The notes beneath the pieces are model-generated. The model was not told the DNA's origin and made no database searches. It saw only the letters and a list, made by a program, of their open reading frames with translations. A stretch of 17,662 nucleotides of DNA from the NCBI GenBank assembly GCA_042219045.1, contig JBDGQO010000009.1, positions 1 through 17,662 on the forward strand, read 5' to 3'. A program made the translations under genes and the position numbers. This document shows, piece after piece, positions 9,658 through 17,662 of the stretch. Within the stretch, counting starts at the first letter, position 1. Each line of letters starts with the position of its first letter. Origin of the DNA: Candidatus Bipolaricaulia bacterium. Its GTDB lineage: Bacteria > Bipolaricaulota > Bipolaricaulia > RBG-16-55-9.

Positions 9658-11501
9658 GCAATTACAAAAACATCGAGGACTACGGAATTATCGGAGATCT
9701 CCACACGATCGCGCTCGTCGGCGACCACGGCTCCATCGACTACATGTGCTTTCCCCACTTTGATTCGCCCTCGGTCTTTGCGGCGCTTCTGGATGCCGAC
9801 AAGGGCGGATATTTCCAAGTGACCCCGATCCTCGACGACGCGCGCCACAAACAGATCTACATTCCGGGGACGAACGTCCTGTTGTCCCGGTTCCTGGCGA
9901 ACGACGGCGTGGCGGAAATCTCCGACTTCATGACGGTTGAGGGCAGCGGCCACGCGCACACGCTGGTGCGTCGGGCCAAGACGGTCCGCGGCGAGGTCCG
10001 CTTTCGCATGCGCTGTGCGCCACGGTTCGACTACGCGCGGGCGACCCATCGCGTCGAGCGCACCCAAGACGGCGTCGTGTTCACCTCCGACGGTGCTGAC
10101 GCCACGACGTTGCGCCTTCGGACGTCGGTGCCCGTTGAGCTGGACGAGGGCGACGCCACGGCCGAGTTCACGCTCCGTGCGGGCGAGACGGCGGCGTTCG
10201 TCTTGGAGGATGCCGCCGCCGACGGTCAGGCGCCCCCTGATCTGACAACGTACGTCGCCAACGCCTTCAAAGAAACCTCCAACTTCTGGCGGGATTGGGT
10301 TGCGCAGTCGACCTACGAGGGCCGTTGGCGCGAGACGGTCAATCGCTCCGCCTTGACGCTCAAGCTCCTGACGTCGGCCCCCCATGGCTCGATCGTGGCG
10401 GCGCCGACGTTCGGCCTCCCCGAGGAGCTGGGCGGGGAGCGGAACTGGGACTATCGCTACACCTGGATCCGCGACGCCTCGTTTACGCTCTACGGGCTCA
10501 TTCGCCTGGGCTTCACCGAGGAAGCGTCGGCGTTCATGCGCTGGCTGGAGGAATGCTGCAGCAGGGTCAATTCGGACGGCTCGCTGCAGGTGCTCTACGG
10601 CCTCGACGGCCGCACCGAGCTGACCGAGGAGATGTTGCCCCATCTGGAGGGCTACAAGGGGTCTTCCCCAGTGAGGATCGGCAACGGGGCCTACGACCAG
10701 TTCCAGCTCGACATCTACGGCGAGCTCATGGACTCGGTCTATCTGTTCAACAAATACGCCGAGCCGATCCATCATGATCTCTGGGAAAACCTGAAACTGA
10801 TGGTCGATTGGGTCTGCCGACACTGGCATCTCGAGGACGAGGGCATCTGGGAGGTCCGCGGTGGCCGCCAAGCGTTCCTCCACTCGCGACTGATGTGCTG
10901 GGTGGCGGTGGATCGGGCGATTCGCCTGGCCCAGAAGCGCTCCTTTCCCGCGCCGCTGGAGACGTGGCGTCGGACCCGCGACGCCATCTATCACGACATT
11001 TTCCAGGCGTTCTGGGATCCCCGGCGTCAGGCGTTCGTGCAGCGCAAGGGCACGACGACGCTCGATGCCGCAACGTTGCTGATGCCCTTGGTGAAGTTCA
11101 TCAGTCCGACGGACCCGCGCTGGCTGTCGACGCTGGCGGCCCTCGAGAACGACTTGGTGGAGGACTCGCTCGTCTATCGCTACCGCCCGGACAGCGACGC
11201 GGCTCCCGACGGCCTGAGCGGCGAGGAAGGCACGTTCAGCATCTGTTCGTTCTGGTTCGTGGAGTGCATCTCGCGCAGCGGGGACGTCGACAAGGCCCGA
11301 TTCCTCTTCGAGAAGATGCTCAGCTACGCGAATCACCTCGGGCTGTACGCCGAAGAGCTTGGCCACAGCGGGGAACACTTGGGCAACTTCCCGCAGGCGT
11401 TCACGCACCTGTCGCTGATCAGCGCCGCGTACGACTTGGACCGTCGACTTTCGCGGCGACGCAGCGTTCACGGTAACGGGGAATCCGACCAATCAATCTG
11501 A
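9654..11501 (+). CDS. glycoside hydrolase family 15 (trehalase/glucoamylase-like)
   Basis: N-terminal IEDYGIIGD...CFPHFDSPSVFAALLD, then AAPTFGLPE, RNWDYRYTWIRD, QLDIYGE, DEGIWEVRG, HLGLYAEE and GNFPQAFTH. These are typical of bacterial trehalase-like GH15 enzymes. Confidence 0.92.
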   Translation: MSNYKNIEDYGIIGDLHTIALVGDHGSIDYMCFPHFDSPSVFAALLDADKGGYFQVTPILDDARHKQIYIPGTNVLLSRFLANDGVAEISDFMTVEGSGHAHTLVRRAKTVRGEVRFRMRCAPRFDYARATHRVERTQDGVVFTSDGADATTLRLRTSVPVELDEGDATAEFTLRAGETAAFVLEDAAADGQAPPDLTTYVANAFKETSNFWRDWVAQSTYEGRWRETVNRSALTLKLLTSAPHGSIVAAPTFGLPEELGGERNWDYRYTWIRDASFTLYGLIRLGFTEEASAFMRWLEECCSRVNSDGSLQVLYGLDGRTELTEEMLPHLEGYKGSSPVRIGNGAYDQFQLDIYGELMDSVYLFNKYAEPIHHDLWENLKLMVDWVCRHWHLEDEGIWEVRGGRQAFLHSRLMCWVAVDRAIRLAQKRSFPAPLETWRRTRDAIYHDIFQAFWDPRRQAFVQRKGTTTLDAATLLMPLVKFISPTDPRWLSTLAALENDLVEDSLVYRYRPDSDAAPDGLSGEEGTFSICSFWFVECISRSGDVDKARFLFEKMLSYANHLGLYAEELGHSGEHLGNFPQAFTHLSLISAAYDLDRRLSRRRSVHGNGESDQSI

Positions 11502-11536
11502 ACCCAAATGCCCACAGCACAAAGGAGTGAATCGGA

Positions 11537-12925
11537 ATGACGACCGAACACTACGACGCCATCGTTATAGGGACTGGGCAAGGCGGCTACCCGCTGGCGC
11601 TGACGTGGGCCGGAGCGGGGCGCCAAGTGGCCGTGGTCGAACGCGGCCCCGTCGGCGGCAGCTGCGTCAACGTCGGCTGCACGCCCACCAAAACGATGGT
11701 CGCCAGTGCCCGCGTGGCCCATCTGGCTCAGCGGGCCGCAGACTACGGCGTTCAGACGGGCCCCGTTCAGATCGACTTGGCGACGGTCCGGCAACGCAAG
11801 CGTGACATCGTGGCCGACTTCACCGGCGGCAGCCAGCACCGCCTGGAGAACACGGCGAACCTCGAGCCCATCTACGGCGAAGCTCGGTTTACGGACGCAA
11901 AGACGGTCGAGGTCGCGCTCAGCGAGGGCGGAACGCGAACGCTGACCGCGGACGAGATCTTCATCAACACGGGACGGCGCCCGACGACCCCGAACGTCGA
12001 CGGCATCGACGCGATCGAGCCGCTCGACAACGCGTCCATCATGGAGCTCGGCGAGGTGCCCGAGCACCTCATCGTCATGGGCGGCGGCTACGTCGGGTTG
12101 GAGTTCGGCCAGATGTTCCGGCGTTTCGGCAGCCACGTGACGATCTTCGACCGTGGCGAGCGGCTGCTCAAGCGCGAGGACGCCGACGTCTCCGACGAGG
12201 TCGCCGACGTTCTCCGAGGCGAGGGCATCGACGTCCGGCTGAACACGCAAGCGGACCGAGTTGGTCCCGCCGATGACGGCGGAGTCGAAGTCACGCTGAG
12301 CGGCCCCGACGGCAGCGAGACGATCCAGGGCTCGCATTTCCTAAACGCGGCCGGCCGCCAGCCCAACACTGACATGCTCGATCTGGACAAAGCCGGTGTC
12401 GAGACCGACGAGCGCGGTTTCGTTCAAGTCAACGATCGATTGGAGACGAGCACGCCGGGCGTCTACGTCCTCGGCGACATCAAGGACGGCCCTGCCTTCA
12501 CCCATATCTCCTTCGACGACTTCCGGATCTTGAATGAGAACCTCATGGAGGGCGGCAGTGCGAGCGTTGACGGTCGCATTGTCCCCTACACCGTCTTCAT
12601 CGATCCGCAGTTGGGTCGAGTTGGGCTTAGCGAATGGGAGGCCCGCGAGCAGGGATACCATGCCAAAGTTGCCAAGATCCCCATGGAACACGTCGCCCGC
12701 GCGCTGGAGACCGATGAGACGCGCGGATTCATGAAGGCCGTCGTCGACGGCGACACGGACCGCATCTTGGGGGCCGCAATCCTCGGCATCGAGGGTGGCG
12801 AGGTGATGGCTGTGATCCAGACGGCCATGATGGGCGATTTGCCCTACACGGCGATCCGCGACGGATCATACGCTCACCCCACGCTGGCGGAGTCGCTCAA
12901 CAACTTGTTCGCCGCCGTCGACTGA
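11537..12925 (+). CDS. class I pyridine nucleotide-disulfide oxidoreductase (RclA/Har-like; often annotated 'mercuric reductase')
   Basis: FAD motif GTGQGG, redox GGSCVNVGCTPTK (C43/C48), NAD(P)H motif GGGYVGLE, C-terminal HPTLAESLNNLF. No C-terminal Cys-Cys and no NmerA domain. RBS AAAGGAG at 11521-11527. Confidence 0.88.
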   Translation: MTTEHYDAIVIGTGQGGYPLALTWAGAGRQVAVVERGPVGGSCVNVGCTPTKTMVASARVAHLAQRAADYGVQTGPVQIDLATVRQRKRDIVADFTGGSQHRLENTANLEPIYGEARFTDAKTVEVALSEGGTRTLTADEIFINTGRRPTTPNVDGIDAIEPLDNASIMELGEVPEHLIVMGGGYVGLEFGQMFRRFGSHVTIFDRGERLLKREDADVSDEVADVLRGEGIDVRLNTQADRVGPADDGGVEVTLSGPDGSETIQGSHFLNAAGRQPNTDMLDLDKAGVETDERGFVQVNDRLETSTPGVYVLGDIKDGPAFTHISFDDFRILNENLMEGGSASVDGRIVPYTVFIDPQLGRVGLSEWEAREQGYHAKVAKIPMEHVARALETDETRGFMKAVVDGDTDRILGAAILGIEGGEVMAVIQTAMMGDLPYTAIRDGSYAHPTLAESLNNLFAAVD

Positions 12926-12938
12926 ATCGACCCCTCGA

Positions 12939-12970
12939 CGACGGTCGGGCCGGAGCCGGCCCGACCGTCG
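12939..12970. terminator. perfect GC-rich hairpin between convergent genes (probable bidirectional terminator / 3' stabilising stem)
   Basis: CGACGGTCGGGCCGG-AG-CCGGCCCGACCGTCG, 15-bp perfect inverted repeat between stop codons at 12925 (+) and 12981 (-). No U-tract on either side. Confidence 0.7.
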
Positions 12971-12980
12971 CCTTGCGGCG

Positions 12981-13604
12981 TTAGCCTTGGCCCGCTCGAA
13001 GCTGGGCGGCGGTGCGGGCCGTCCGCTCGCCCTGGGTGCGGGCGATCTCCAGCTCGTTCTCCGAAGGCTGGCGCGAGCCGTCACCCGCCAGCGTCGAGGC
13101 CCCGTAGGGCGTGCCACCGGTGATTTCACCCATGGTGGTCATTCGGGGCTCGGAGTAGGGCACGCCGAGGACGATCATGCCATGGTGCAACAGCGTCGTG
13201 TGGACGCTCGTGATCGTCGTCTCCTGGCCGCCATGTTGGGACCCCGTCGACGTGAAGACACTTGCGACCTTGCCGATCAGCTCGCCGCCGAACCACTGGG
13301 ATCCCGTCTGATCGAAGAAGTTGCGCATCTGGGCGGCCATGTTGCCGAAGCGCGTCGGCGTGCCGAAGATCAACGCGTCCGCCTCGGTCAATTGAGCCGG
13401 CTCGATCATCGGGATGTGGCTGAAGGCCTCGCGGGCCTGTTTCGCGCCGGATTTCTCGAGCACATCATCGGGGACCAGTTCCGGCACTTGATATAGCGCG
13501 ACGTCGGCGTCGTCAACGTGACGCGCGCCCTCGGCAATCGCTTCGGCCATCTGGTAGACGTGGCCATACATGCTATAGAAGACGACTTGAACGCGGACAG
13601 ACAC
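12981..13604 (-). CDS. wrbA: NAD(P)H:quinone oxidoreductase WrbA
   Basis: [48 protein letters not shown] start at 13604 preceded by AGGAGG (13619-13614), giving 207 aa. The ORF-track start at 13691 is likely too long. Confidence 0.96.
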   Translation of the reverse strand: MSVRVQVVFYSMYGHVYQMAEAIAEGARHVDDADVALYQVPELVPDDVLEKSGAKQAREAFSHIPMIEPAQLTEADALIFGTPTRFGNMAAQMRNFFDQTGSQWFGGELIGKVASVFTSTGSQHGGQETTITSVHTTLLHHGMIVLGVPYSEPRMTTMGEITGGTPYGASTLAGDGSRQPSENELEIARTQGERTARTAAQLRAGQG

Positions 13605-13725
13605 TGGCTGATTCCTCCTACTGAAGCTTATGGGGTCCGCAATCGGGCCGTGGGCAACGGCACGGCGTTGATTGCGACAACATGAAATCACGTCCGAGGC
13701 GTGACGACAACCGGATCGAGAGGGG

Positions 13726-13760
13726 GCGAGGGGACGGCTCGGGGCAAACCGTCCCCTCGC
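13726..13760. repeat. 12-bp perfect inverted repeat (hairpin) in the wrbA upstream region
   Basis: GCGAGGGGACGG (13726-13737), 11-nt loop, CCGTCCCCTCGC (13749-13760). Confidence 0.75.
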
Positions 13761-13799
13761 ATTGTGGGGGCTTCAGGCACGGGAGTTGAGCCTCTCTAG

Positions 13800-13820
13800 G
13801 ATAGGGACGTCGATAGGGAC
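13800..13820. repeat. 9-bp direct repeat GATAGGGAC x2
   Basis: GATAGGGAC at 13800-13808 and 13812-13820 (12-bp period). Confidence 0.6.
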
Positions 13821-13825
13821 TCAGC

Positions 13826-13841
13826 TGTAAGCCCTCTTACA
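13826..13841. promoter_or_regulatory. palindromic operator candidate TGTAAG-N4-CTTACA
   Basis: TGTAAGCCCTCTTACA in the divergent intergenic region, adjacent to a minus-strand extended -10-like TG-A-TATGGT (13851-13843). Confidence 0.45.
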
Positions 13842-13973
13842 AACCATATCATGCTAGCCCTGCTCGATCTCCAGGTCTCATGGAGACCGTCGCATTCCGA
13901 AGATGTTGCCAACGCGGGACGGCGTTTGATACAAGGTCTTTAACAGTTCTGTCGCGAAAGCGAGGTCGGTGCG

Positions 13974-15911
13974 ATGGCGGACGAGATCGTCTGGCGACCC
14001 TCCCCAGAGTTAAGAGCTCAGAGCAACGTCAAGCGCTTCATGGACAGCCACGGCATTCCCGACTACGACGACCTGATTCGACGCTCGACCGACGACGTCG
14101 AATGGTTCTGGGACGCCGTCGTTCGTGATTTGGCGATTCCGTTTTTGGAACCCTACGATCGGGTCCTCGATACTTCCAAGGGCAAGCCATGGGCCGAATG
14201 GTTCGTCGGCGGCCGGATCAACGTCGCCCACGCCTGCGTGGATCAGCACGCCGACAGCGCTCGTCGGGATCGGACCGCGCTGATCTGGGAGGGCGAGGAC
14301 GAGTCGATCGTCCGCTGGAGCTACCGCCAATTGGCCGACGAGACCAATCGCTTCGCGAACGGCCTGGACGAGTTGGGCATTGGCCATGGCGACACGGTCG
14401 GGCTGTTCATGCCGATGTTGCCGGAGGCCGTCGCCGCGTTCATGGCGATCGCGAAGGTGGGAGCCATTCTCGTGCCGATCTTCTCCGGCTTCGGCGCCGA
14501 AGCGGTGGCCATCCGGCTCCGGGACGCGGAAGCCAAGGCGCTCGTCACCGCCGACGGCTTCTTCCGTAAGGGCAAGCCGATCCGAATGAAACACGTCGCT
14601 GATGAAGCCGTCGAACAGTCGCCGGGTGTCGAGCACGTCGTCGTCCAGCGCCGCGCCGGCCACGACGTTTCCTGGACGGAGGGACGCGACCGGTGGTGGC
14701 ATGAGCTCGTGGAGAACCAATCCACGGAGCGCCCATCGGAGTCGACGGACGCGGAGGACCCGTTCATGGTCATCTACACCTCCGGCACGACGGGCAAGCC
14801 GAAGGGGGCTGTCCATGTGCACGGCGGCTTCACCGTCAAGATCGCCGAAGAGGTCGCCTATCAGACCGATCTCCAGGATGGCGATGTGCTCTATTGGGTT
14901 TCCGACATGGGCTGGATCATGGGCCCGTGGGAGGTCGTCGGCGGCCTCGCGCTTGGCGGGACCGTCTTCGTCTACGAAGGGGCCCCGGATTACCCTCACC
15001 CCGATCGCTTATGGGCGATGATCGAGCGGCACCAAGTGACGCAACTCGGGTTGTCGCCGACGCTCATCCGCGCGCTCATGAAGCACGGCACGGGCCCCAT
15101 GGAAAAACACGATCTGAGTTCGTTGCGCATCATCGGCTCCACGGGCGAGCCATGGAACCCGGAACCCTACAAGTGGTGCCTGGAGCACGTCGGCGGCGGG
15201 CGCTGTCCCATCATCAACCTGTCGGGCGGCACGGAGATCGGAGCCTGCTTTCTGTCGCCGCACCCGATCAACGATCTCAAGCCGTGCACGCTGCGCGGGC
15301 CATCGCTCGGCATGGACCTCGACGTCTACGATCCGACGGGGCAGTCCCTTCGAGGCAACGTCGGCGAGCTCGTCTGCAGACAGCCCTGGCCGAGCATGAC
15401 CCGCGGGCTCTGGAAGGACCCCGATCGCTACCTCGAGACGTACTGGTCGGGGTTCGAGGACGTCTGGACGCACGGCGACTGGGCCTACGTCGACGAGGAC
15501 GGGTTCTGGTACCTGCAGGGTCGCAGCGACGACACGATCAAGGTCGCCGGAAAACGCCTGGGCCCAGCTGAAGTGGAGTCCGCGCTCGTGGAACACCCGG
15601 CCGTGGCCGAGGCGGCGGCGGTCGGCATCCCCGATGACGTCAAGGGCCAAGCCATCTGGGGCGTCGTCACCCTGAGGCCCGGCCACGAGCCGAGCGGCGC
15701 CCTGGAGCAGGAGTTGAAGGAACGGGCGGCGGATCACCTGGGCAAATCGTTCACCCCGGCTCGGATCCTCGTCGTGTCGCAGCTGCCGAAGACGCGCAAC
15801 GCGAAAATCCTCCGCCGGGCCGTCCGCGCGGTGGCCATTGGGGAAGAGCTTGGGGACCTCTCGAACCTGGAAAACCCCGAGTCCCTTGAGGAGATCCGTC
15901 AGGCGGTCTGA
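13974..15911 (+). CDS. AMP-forming acyl-CoA synthetase (acetate/acetoacetate-CoA ligase family)
   Basis: WFVGGRINVAHACVD, YTSGTTGKPKG, GSTGEP, NLSGGTE, WTHGDW, GRSDDTIKVAGKR, LPKTRNAKILRR. GAGG upstream of the ATG. Confidence 0.92.
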   Translation: MADEIVWRPSPELRAQSNVKRFMDSHGIPDYDDLIRRSTDDVEWFWDAVVRDLAIPFLEPYDRVLDTSKGKPWAEWFVGGRINVAHACVDQHADSARRDRTALIWEGEDESIVRWSYRQLADETNRFANGLDELGIGHGDTVGLFMPMLPEAVAAFMAIAKVGAILVPIFSGFGAEAVAIRLRDAEAKALVTADGFFRKGKPIRMKHVADEAVEQSPGVEHVVVQRRAGHDVSWTEGRDRWWHELVENQSTERPSESTDAEDPFMVIYTSGTTGKPKGAVHVHGGFTVKIAEEVAYQTDLQDGDVLYWVSDMGWIMGPWEVVGGLALGGTVFVYEGAPDYPHPDRLWAMIERHQVTQLGLSPTLIRALMKHGTGPMEKHDLSSLRIIGSTGEPWNPEPYKWCLEHVGGGRCPIINLSGGTEIGACFLSPHPINDLKPCTLRGPSLGMDLDVYDPTGQSLRGNVGELVCRQPWPSMTRGLWKDPDRYLETYWSGFEDVWTHGDWAYVDEDGFWYLQGRSDDTIKVAGKRLGPAEVESALVEHPAVAEAAAVGIPDDVKGQAIWGVVTLRPGHEPSGALEQELKERAADHLGKSFTPARILVVSQLPKTRNAKILRRAVRAVAIGEELGDLSNLENPESLEEIRQAV

Positions 15912-15918
15912 CGGCCCC

Positions 15919-16710
15919 ATGGAACGGCTCCATGCCGATGTCGATCTCGCTGGGTTTTTCCAACGACTGGCGCGGGCCTCGGAGCGCGTCCTGTTCCTCG
16001 ACTTCGACGGCACGCTCGCGCCGTTTCGCGACAACCGTCACGACGTTGTGCCCTACGACGGGATTCCCGAGCGCTTGGACGCGGTGCTGGCGGAGGGGCA
16101 CACGCGGGTCGTCGTCGTGACGGGTCGCGTGGTGTGGGAGATGCCCGAATTGCTCCAACTCCATTGCACGCCGGAAATTTGGGGGACTCACGGCTGGCAG
16201 CGTCGGCACCCGGACGGATGCGTGGAGGGGCCGAGTCTCGACGCCGCAACCGAACGTGCCCTCTCCGAGGCGCATGCCCGTGCCCAATCGCTGCAGCTGG
16301 GAGATCGCTTGGAGCGCAAGCCGGCGACCGTGGCGGTCCACACGCGCGGCTTAGCCGAGGACGAAGTCGAGTCCCTGACCGGACGAGTTGAGGCGCTATG
16401 GTCGCCGCTCGCCCGGGATTCGAGCGCGGAACTTCACGCCTTTGACGGGGGATTGGAAATGCGCGTGCCCGGCTGCGATAAAGGCACGGCCGTGAGGACC
16501 GTGCTCCGGGAGATGGAGGCCCCCATCGCGGCCTATCTGGGAGACGACCACACCGACGAAGACGCGTTCCGCGCGCTCGATGGGTACGGGTTGCGCGTTC
16601 TGGTACGCTCGACCTTCCGCGAAACGGGAGCCGATGTCTGGATCCGGCCGCCGACGGAGCTGTTGGCATGGCTTGATCGCTGGCGTCGTGTGGCCAAGGG
16701 AGGGACGTGA
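15919..16710 (+). CDS. otsB: trehalose-6-phosphate phosphatase
   Basis: HAD IIB motifs FLDFDGTLAP, VVTGR, GTHGW, ERKPATVAVHTR, EMRVPGCDKG, YLGDDHTDEDAF. The ATG at 15919, 7 nt after the acyl-CoA synthetase stop, is preferred over 15838. Confidence 0.9.
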   Translation: MERLHADVDLAGFFQRLARASERVLFLDFDGTLAPFRDNRHDVVPYDGIPERLDAVLAEGHTRVVVVTGRVVWEMPELLQLHCTPEIWGTHGWQRRHPDGCVEGPSLDAATERALSEAHARAQSLQLGDRLERKPATVAVHTRGLAEDEVESLTGRVEALWSPLARDSSAELHAFDGGLEMRVPGCDKGTAVRTVLREMEAPIAAYLGDDHTDEDAFRALDGYGLRVLVRSTFRETGADVWIRPPTELLAWLDRWRRVAKGGT

Positions 16711-17662
16711 TCTTGGATGTCTTGACGCAGCCGGTCTATGGGAACACGCTCCTCCAGTGGGGCATCGCGATCGCCGTCGTGGTCGGCGTCTTCATCGGAC
16801 TGCGGCTGCTCATCGGCCAACTGATTCGTCGGCTCAGCACCCTAGCCACCAAGAGCGAAACCGAGATTGACGACCTCGTTGTCAAGCTGATTGATCGCAC
16901 CAAATGGCTTGTGCTGTTGGCCGTCGCGATCTACGCCGGGTCGCTCGCGCTGACGTTGCCCGCCGACGTCGAGTCACTCATCGCTGCCTTGGTCGTCATT
17001 GCCTTGCTGGTCCAGCTTGCCTTCTGGGCCAGCGAGTTCCTCTCCTTCTGGATCGATCGCCAGATTCAGGAACACGTCGACGAAGACGCCGCGACGGCGA
17101 CGACGCTGTCCGCCCTGCATTTTGTCGGCAAATTGCTGATCTGGACGATCGCTTTTCTCTTGTCCTTGGCCAACCTCGGCATCAACATCAGCGCCCTCAT
17201 CGCAGGTCTCGGGGTCGGCGGCATCGCCGTTGCCTTGGCGCTCCAAGGCCTTTTGACGGATCTGTTCGCGTCGCTGTCGATCGTTATGGACAAGCCGTTC
17301 GTCATCGGGGACTTCGTCATCGTCGGGGAGTACATGGGCAACATCGAGCACATCGGGCTCAAGACGACCCGCGTGCGGAGCCTGTCCGGTGAACAGCTGA
17401 TCTTTTCCAACAACGACATGCTCAACAGCCGCATCCGCAACTACAAGCGCATGGAAGAACGTCGCATCCTGTTCACCATCGGCGTGACGTACGACACGCC
17501 CTCGGAGAAACTGGAGCGCATCCCGACAATGATCCGCGAGATCATCGAGTCACAGAACCTGACCCGTTTCGATCGCTCGCACTTCAAGTCCTACGGTGAT
17601 TTTGCGCTGATCGTCGAGTCCGTCTACTACGTGCTCAGCCCCGACTACTACGTCTACATGGA
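16707..17662 (+). CDS. mscS: mechanosensitive channel of small conductance (MscS family), 3'-truncated by the window end
   Basis: Not in the ORF track because there is no stop in the window. My translation from GTG 16707 (GTGA overlap with otsB, RBS GGGAGG): MILDVLTQPVYGNTLLQWG...NLGINISALIAGLGVGGIAVALALQ...DKPFVIGDFV...IEHIGLKTTRVRSLSGEQLIFSN...IGVTYDTP. Confidence 0.93.
   Translation, partial: MILDVLTQPVYGNTLLQWGIAIAVVVGVFIGLRLLIGQLIRRLSTLATKSETEIDDLVVKLIDRTKWLVLLAVAIYAGSLALTLPADVESLIAALVVIALLVQLAFWASEFLSFWIDRQIQEHVDEDAATATTLSALHFVGKLLIWTIAFLLSLANLGINISALIAGLGVGGIAVALALQGLLTDLFASLSIVMDKPFVIGDFVIVGEYMGNIEHIGLKTTRVRSLSGEQLIFSNNDMLNSRIRNYKRMEERRILFTIGVTYDTPSEKLERIPTMIREIIESQNLTRFDRSHFKSYGDFALIVESVYYVLSPDYYVYM

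Noticed and set aside
11537..12925. Mercury-resistance (merA) call
   Set aside because: No C-terminal vicinal cysteines, no metal-binding N-terminal domain and no merR/T/P nearby.
13605..13691. N-terminal extension of WrbA from the ORF track
   Set aside because: A strong AGGAGG precedes GTG 13604, and the flavodoxin fold begins there.
13874..13888. Paired BsaI sites (GGTCTC/GAGACC) as a sign of synthetic cloning
   Set aside because: No vector, tag or scar sequence around them. Better explained as a natural short palindrome.
13726..13888. Intergenic repeats as a CRISPR array, tRNA or IS end
   Set aside because: Only two 9-bp direct copies, no repeat-spacer periodicity, no cloverleaf, and no cas or transposase gene.
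13906..13935. TTGCCA-18-TACAAG promoter for the acyl-CoA synthetase operon
   Set aside because: The -10 lacks the conserved final T. Too weak to call without TSS data.
13880..14128. 82-aa + ORF overlapping the acyl-CoA synthetase start
   Set aside because: No RBS or motif, Arg-rich off-frame composition, and it overlaps a real gene.

Overview
High-GC bacterial chromosomal DNA (roughly two-thirds G+C by eye) with visibly Asp/Glu-rich proteins. Bases ~134-12925 (+) form one tightly coupled nine-gene operon: transketolase, a transaldolase/glucose-6-phosphate isomerase fusion, a TauE/SafE (TSUP) membrane protein, a HAD phosphatase, short-form 6-phosphogluconate dehydrogenase, glucose-6-phosphate dehydrogenase, 6-phosphogluconolactonase, a GH15 trehalase/glucoamylase-like hydrolase and an RclA/'MerA-like' flavoprotein disulfide reductase. 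It converges at a perfect 15-bp hairpin on a minus-strand wrbA. A ~370-bp divergent intergenic region with several inverted and direct repeats precedes a second + operon: acyl-CoA synthetase, trehalose-6-phosphate phosphatase (otsB) and an MscS channel truncated by the window end. No mobile elements, CRISPR arrays, rRNA or tRNA were seen. All gene families are known. Any novelty lies in the combination, a putative trehalose -> pentose-phosphate -> NAD(P)H -> oxidant-detox and osmotic stress module. Other points of interest are Cys pairs in Zwf and TauE, a non-acetate-type pocket in the acyl-CoA synthetase, and a possible structured RNA upstream of wrbA. These interpretations are inference and need checking.
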